From assembly GCA_963813155.1 (NCBI GenBank), contig CAWEYG010000003.1, forward strand, positions 769,866-833,865: DNA of 64,000 bases, read 5' to 3'. Below, one piece after another: positions 59,924-64,000 of the stretch (its first letter is position 1; every line of letters begins with the position of its first letter). The position numbers and the translations under genes were made by a program. The DNA comes from an uncultured Acidobacteriota bacterium (GTDB taxonomy: Bacteria; Acidobacteriota; Thermoanaerobaculia; UBA5066; DATFVB01). Below the pieces are notes generated by a model, which made no database searches, was not told the DNA's origin, and worked only from the letters and a program-made list of their open reading frames with translations.

Positions 59924-61623
59924 CGGGCCGATTCCATCAGCACCCGTTCGGCCATCCGGGCGGCAGGGGCGGTGAAAATCAACGCCCGAGGTCGGTAGTC
60001 GGAGCCCTGAGAGGCAGACCCCGACGCGATCTCCGGCGGAAGTCGCTCGGCGAGGAAATAGCCGTTTCGGGCCGCGTCGTACCGGAGTATCACCGCGGCC
60101 GGCAAGGCCACGTCGGCGAGAATTTGGTCTTTCGAATCGCGGCAAGCAATCTCGTCATGCTCGGCCGAACAATGCTGATCCCCGTACGGACCTATGAGAA
60201 GCGTTCTCTCCCACATCGACCGGTCGTCATAGAGCAGGCTGGCCCACGCCTGCGCAAGATAATCCGCCTGCGTGGCGAGGTAATAGGGCGGGCGTTCCGG
60301 GATCAGGAGGACGAGCGAGGCCGACGGCGCGAGTCGGGGCGCCGCCTCGACGATCGACCTCAGCTCCATGCGATGCCGCCGCCAGTACGCCAGAAAATAG
60401 TCCTGCCGGTCGAGCCCACCATCGATTCCGAGCCCGACGAACACGAGCGGCAGCGCGACGCCCAGCCAGCGAAATGAGAAGCGCAGGCGAAGCACAATCG
60501 ATGCCGAAAGGGCAATCGCGAGCGAAGCCCAGTAGCGCGAAAGAATTTGCGACCGGAAAAAGTACTGGGAAAATTGCAGGAGCCCGTGAGTCGAGTTGCA
60601 CGCGAGCGCCATCAGGAGGAACGCCGCGAGGAATGTGAAGTCCCTCTTCCGCGACTCCTCCTCCCGCTCCAGGTCCCGGCGGCGGACCAGGAACCAGGCC
60701 GTTCCGCCAAGAAACGCGAAAGCCCCGACGACGGGAGCCCAGAGCCGGATCCAGCCCGGCACGACGGAGGGTGGCGGTGGGAACCAGTTCCGCCGGGCGC
60801 GCCCCCACGTCCACGGCGCGAAGTTGTGAAAATATGCTGCCGCGATCCGATGTCCCCGGGCCATGAAGCTGATCGGCTCGATCGCGGTTGCGGCATAGCT
60901 GTGAGGGTCGAGCAAGAATCTCCCGAAAACCACGAGGTAGGGCGCGAACACGCACGCCATGGCGAGCGATGCGGCCTTCACGCGCCGGGAGAAACGCCCC
61001 TCGACGAGCCAGAGCAAGGCCGGAGTCAGCAGGATCGGTGCAAACGCAACGTCTGTATTTCCGAGGCTGACCGCGAGCGCCGCGATGCTCAACGCGATCC
61101 ATCGCCGCCTTCCCGACTTCAACCAGGCCAGAAGGAGCGCGAGCGTGACGAAGTAAAACAGGGCCGCCAGGTCGTAGTGAAGCGCCTCGAGACTGTTCGC
61201 CTGATAGTCGCCTGTCGCGCAAATCGTCAGACACCCTCCCGCGAATGCGAGCCAGCGATTCCCCGGAAAGATCTGCGCGAGGACGAGGGCGGCGAAGACA
61301 CCGCCGAGGAACCACGTGAGGCCGTAAAAGATCTGCAGAGTCGCGACGGGCGACGGCGTGAAGAGAGCGAGCGCGAAGGGCGCGCCGGCAAAGATTCGCG
61401 TTGGCTGGGCGATCGGAAGAAGGAACCGAAAAATCCCGTGGCCCCAACTGTTCACATATCCCAAAATAAAGGTCTCATCCTGGAACATCCCCCGATCGAG
61501 CGCGAATATTCCCCAGACGAGATACGTCAGAAAGGCGAAGACGCCGAGAGCCATGCACACCGCAGGCGCATTCCACGCCCTCTCGGGCGAAAGATTCTCG
61601 AGTGTCTCCGGGTGGGCCGACAT
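59920..61623 (-). CDS. Polytopic membrane protein, GT-C-like candidate
   Basis: 567 aa with 12 or more hydrophobic helices followed by a ~170-aa soluble C-terminal region. Confidence 0.5.
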   Translation of the reverse strand: MSAHPETLENLSPERAWNAPAVCMALGVFAFLTYLVWGIFALDRGMFQDETFILGYVNSWGHGIFRFLLPIAQPTRIFAGAPFALALFTPSPVATLQIFYGLTWFLGGVFAALVLAQIFPGNRWLAFAGGCLTICATGDYQANSLEALHYDLAALFYFVTLALLLAWLKSGRRRWIALSIAALAVSLGNTDVAFAPILLTPALLWLVEGRFSRRVKAASLAMACVFAPYLVVFGRFLLDPHSYAATAIEPISFMARGHRIAAAYFHNFAPWTWGRARRNWFPPPPSVVPGWIRLWAPVVGAFAFLGGTAWFLVRRRDLEREEESRKRDFTFLAAFLLMALACNSTHGLLQFSQYFFRSQILSRYWASLAIALSASIVLRLRFSFRWLGVALPLVFVGLGIDGGLDRQDYFLAYWRRHRMELRSIVEAAPRLAPSASLVLLIPERPPYYLATQADYLAQAWASLLYDDRSMWERTLLIGPYGDQHCSAEHDEIACRDSKDQILADVALPAAVILRYDAARNGYFLAERLPPEIASGSASQGSDYRPRALIFTAPAARMAERVLMESAR

Positions 61624-61684
61624 TGCGATTGTGAACTCCCGAAAGCGACGGAATCGTACCGCAATTCCTGCGGCCCGGATCCCC

Positions 61685-63401
61685 TCATTTCACGCGAACC
61701 CGGATGACGAGCGGGTTCGCCCCCTGATCCGAAAACCACGACACAAACTCCTGGACGAGATCGAAGTGAAGCTCGAAGTCACCGGCGAGATCCGGCGGCG
61801 TGATGTCGATCGGAAGAGTCGTCCATTGCCCCGGCAGGAGGGGTTCGCTCAGGTCCGCGCGCGGCGAATCGTCGGGAAGGGGTTCGGAGGAGTTGACCTT
61901 GAACCATCGACATCCCAACCGCACGGCGCGGACCGCATCGGGGATCCCCGATATCGAGGGCCGGGGACCGAGCCAGGAGACCGGGCTCGCGTTTTGGAAG
62001 CGAACCGTCGCCTCGAAGGGCTTGCGCTCGATCACCGGCGGTACATGGACCTCTCCCCACCGGACCCTGTAGCCGTCGGGCGGGAGAGCATTCGGCCGAG
62101 CCGTGAATCCCGCGACGTTCGAGCGCGCAAGGAGATCCTCCCGCATCTCCAGATGATGCCAGTCCCATGCATGGGCCTCCAGCGGGAGTCCCATCCTCGC
62201 TTCCCAGTTCGACGAACCGTAGGCGAGACCTCCTTCGATCTGGATGAGGATCGACAGAAGCGCCAATACGCCGGTCACGATCAGGTGTGGCCGTCTCATC
62301 CGCCTCAATGCCAGAATCGAGGTGAGCGCGAGCACGGGCAGTATCTCGATCAGGTAGCGCGGCCCGAAACTCCAGCCGCCGGCCCAGCGGGCAAACGAAC
62401 AGTGGACGAGCGCGTAGGCGATCGCCGCCGCAGAAAAGGTCGCCAGAAGAGGCCGGGCCTTCGCCTGGCGGAAGGCAATCCCCATTCCCGCCAGGCCCAC
62501 GACCGCCACCGGCGTGTAGAAGAGGAGTCCGCGATTCGGGCTGAAAAACAGGCCGAGAATGCCGAGCGGAGCGTTGCGCAGAGCGATGTGCGTGGCGCCG
62601 TGAACGGTTCCCCCCATGGGATTGTCGAAGTAGTAGAGGTTGTAGAAGAGAAACGGCGCCGCGGCGGCGATCGCGCCCGCTCCGTAGGCCAGCGGCGCCC
62701 TCCATCCCCGTCTGCGCCGTATCCCTTTCAGAAGCAAATAGGCGAACCCGGCGGCCGCGAAAATCGCCGCCGCCGGCCGGATGCCGTACAGAAAATCCGA
62801 GAAAGACGCCGGCCAAAGCTCCTGAGCGAACCGTCCCGCCCGGCCGAGAGAGGCAGAACAATCCGAGGAGCAGGAACAGCACGTCCGGGCCGTGCTGCCA
62901 GAGCTCCTGGCTCGCCACCGCCCACATCGAGGTGCCCAGACCGAATACGAGAGCGACGCCGAGTGCGCGGTACGGGCCCGCCCAGGGAACGAGCATCCGG
63001 AAGAGCACCAGTACCGCCGCGGCGCAGATGATCCCGGCGCTCCAGATCTCGGCCGTGGCGGCCACATCGAAGAGATTCCGGGGGGAAGTTCGTTTCTGCA
63101 GCGAAAGAACGGCGTAGATGGGGAGGTCGACGGGAAGCGCGGCGATCGCCGCGCCGATGGGATAGTGGGACATCAGATGCCCGCGCCGGTTCTCGAGATA
63201 GCCGACCTCCCGCGTGTCGCGCGAGAATTCTGCCGAGAACGAGTCCAACGTCACTCGATGGTCACGAAGAATCGCGAAAGGAAGGACCCGCGTACCGAGC
63301 GTGTCCCAGCCTTCCGCAACACTCGACACGTCGGCCGTCGAGACGTAGGCAGCGAGGCAAACGAAGAAGATTGCCACGCCCGAAAGAAAGGGTCGAGTCA
63401 C
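61685..63401 (-). CDS. Membrane GT-C-like protein fused to a C-terminal FDLVQExVAWF domain; apparent 1-nt insertion near 62800
   Basis: N-terminal ~200 codons (MTRPFLSGVAIFFVCLAAYV...) in the frame of ORF 61779-63401; remainder in the frame of ORF 61685-63067, ending ...GDFELHFDLVQEFVSWFSDQGANPLVIRVRVK*. Confidence 0.5.
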
Positions 63402-63455
63402 TCGACGAATCGTAACCCGAACCGGGATAGCATCGCGCGCGCCCGCTTTATCTCT

Positions 63456-63986
63456 TCACGGTACCGGGCCGAACTCGATTTCTGCAGCCGGCACACGGCT
63501 TTCATCCTGCAGGACGGCAATGAGGTTCAAAGCCGATCCTTCTCGCGCCGGAAGCGCGACGGTCAGGCGGAAGCCGCAACTCTTCGCGTCCGGGACCTCG
63601 GGGAATACCGCTGCGACGTCGAGCCGCGGCAGCCGAGCCCTCGTTCGAGCGACTGTCCGATCGCCCCGGACGAGCTCGACAGCCTCGACCGGGGAGCTCT
63701 TCCCGACGACCCATCCCTCCAGATCGACGCTGCGGGCATCCACGCCGGCGCCGGGTTTCGGGATGTCGATCGATGCCCCGAAAAGCCTCTCCGGAGACCA
63801 GGCCGGGACGACTCGAGTCACACGAAGAGCAGTCGCTCTTTCACTCGCCCGCAAGCGCTCTTCGATTTCGCGGACCGGCGCAGCCGACGGCACAGCCGGA
63901 CCGGGCCCGAGCTCTCGGTCCGCAATGAGCTCATAACATCGCTTGACCATCATCACTCGAATTGTCTCGTCGTACCGCTTTCCCAA
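63456..63986 (-). CDS. Hypothetical protein with C-terminal Ig-like domain related to the paralog-D extension
   Basis: 176 aa; ...GWVVGKSSPVEAVELVRGDRTVA...LPRLDVAAVFPEV... resembles ...GWAADSPRSGVPVERLDLVLDGHPVA...LPRPDVAASYRDQ... of 42063-43826. Confidence 0.35.
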   Translation of the reverse strand: MGKRYDETIRVMMVKRCYELIADRELGPGPAVPSAAPVREIEERLRASERATALRVTRVVPAWSPERLFGASIDIPKPGAGVDARSVDLEGWVVGKSSPVEAVELVRGDRTVARTRARLPRLDVAAVFPEVPDAKSCGFRLTVALPAREGSALNLIAVLQDESRVPAAEIEFGPVP

Positions 63987-64000
63987 TCGGCCGAAAATGC

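Noticed and set aside
59821-60150. One-base disagreement between my reading of the printed sequence and ORF-track coordinates (start/stop codons at 59920-59922, 59996-59998, 60143-60145)
   Set aside because: Probably my own miscount or a missing 'a' in my reading near 59880 (ccgaaacg vs ccgaacg); the ORF-track proteins are self-consistent, so track coordinates were kept and no biological claim is made.

Overview
High-GC (~68-70%) bacterial chromosome segment, probably Acidobacteria- or Myxococcota-like; no rRNA, tRNA or CRISPR seen. The first ~23 kb is mostly housekeeping: a partial MamK-like actin gene, an AmiC-type amidase, a ChlI-like AAA+ ATPase/HpcH aldolase/VWA trio, a copper module (diheme cytochrome c, YHS protein, CopA), a PQQ sugar dehydrogenase, a YegS-type lipid kinase, def, and a partial complex-I cluster (nuoB, fused nuoCD, nuoI with no nuoA). 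From ~14.5 kb to the end the window is a large envelope-glycosylation island: at least 12 polytopic GT-C-like or YfhO-like membrane proteins, five GT2 genes, a GT2-GT4 fusion, sugar-nucleotide genes (gmd, three SDR epimerases, a DegT aminotransferase), a GtrA-like flippase, three SAM methyltransferases, a PhyH-like dioxygenase and a sulfatase-family protein. Most likely candidates for an undescribed system: (i) a recurring ~130-aa lipoprotein domain (motif FDLVQExVAWF) encoded five times beside the big membrane transferases and fused to one of them, (ii) a tandem array of four near-identical membrane-protein paralogs, (iii) three consecutive secreted proteins sharing a conserved C-terminal ~130-aa domain that I do not recognise (ending GYFK/GYFE), (iv) a 58-nt conserved leader element with a perfect 8-bp inverted repeat upstream of two genes. 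Also notable are at least 10 apparent single-base frameshifts, mostly +1 insertions, and three genes where CTG sits exactly at the expected start. Coordinates follow the ORF track; my reading of the printed sequence near 59.9 kb disagreed with the track by one base, which I could not resolve, so that region may be off by +/-1 nt.
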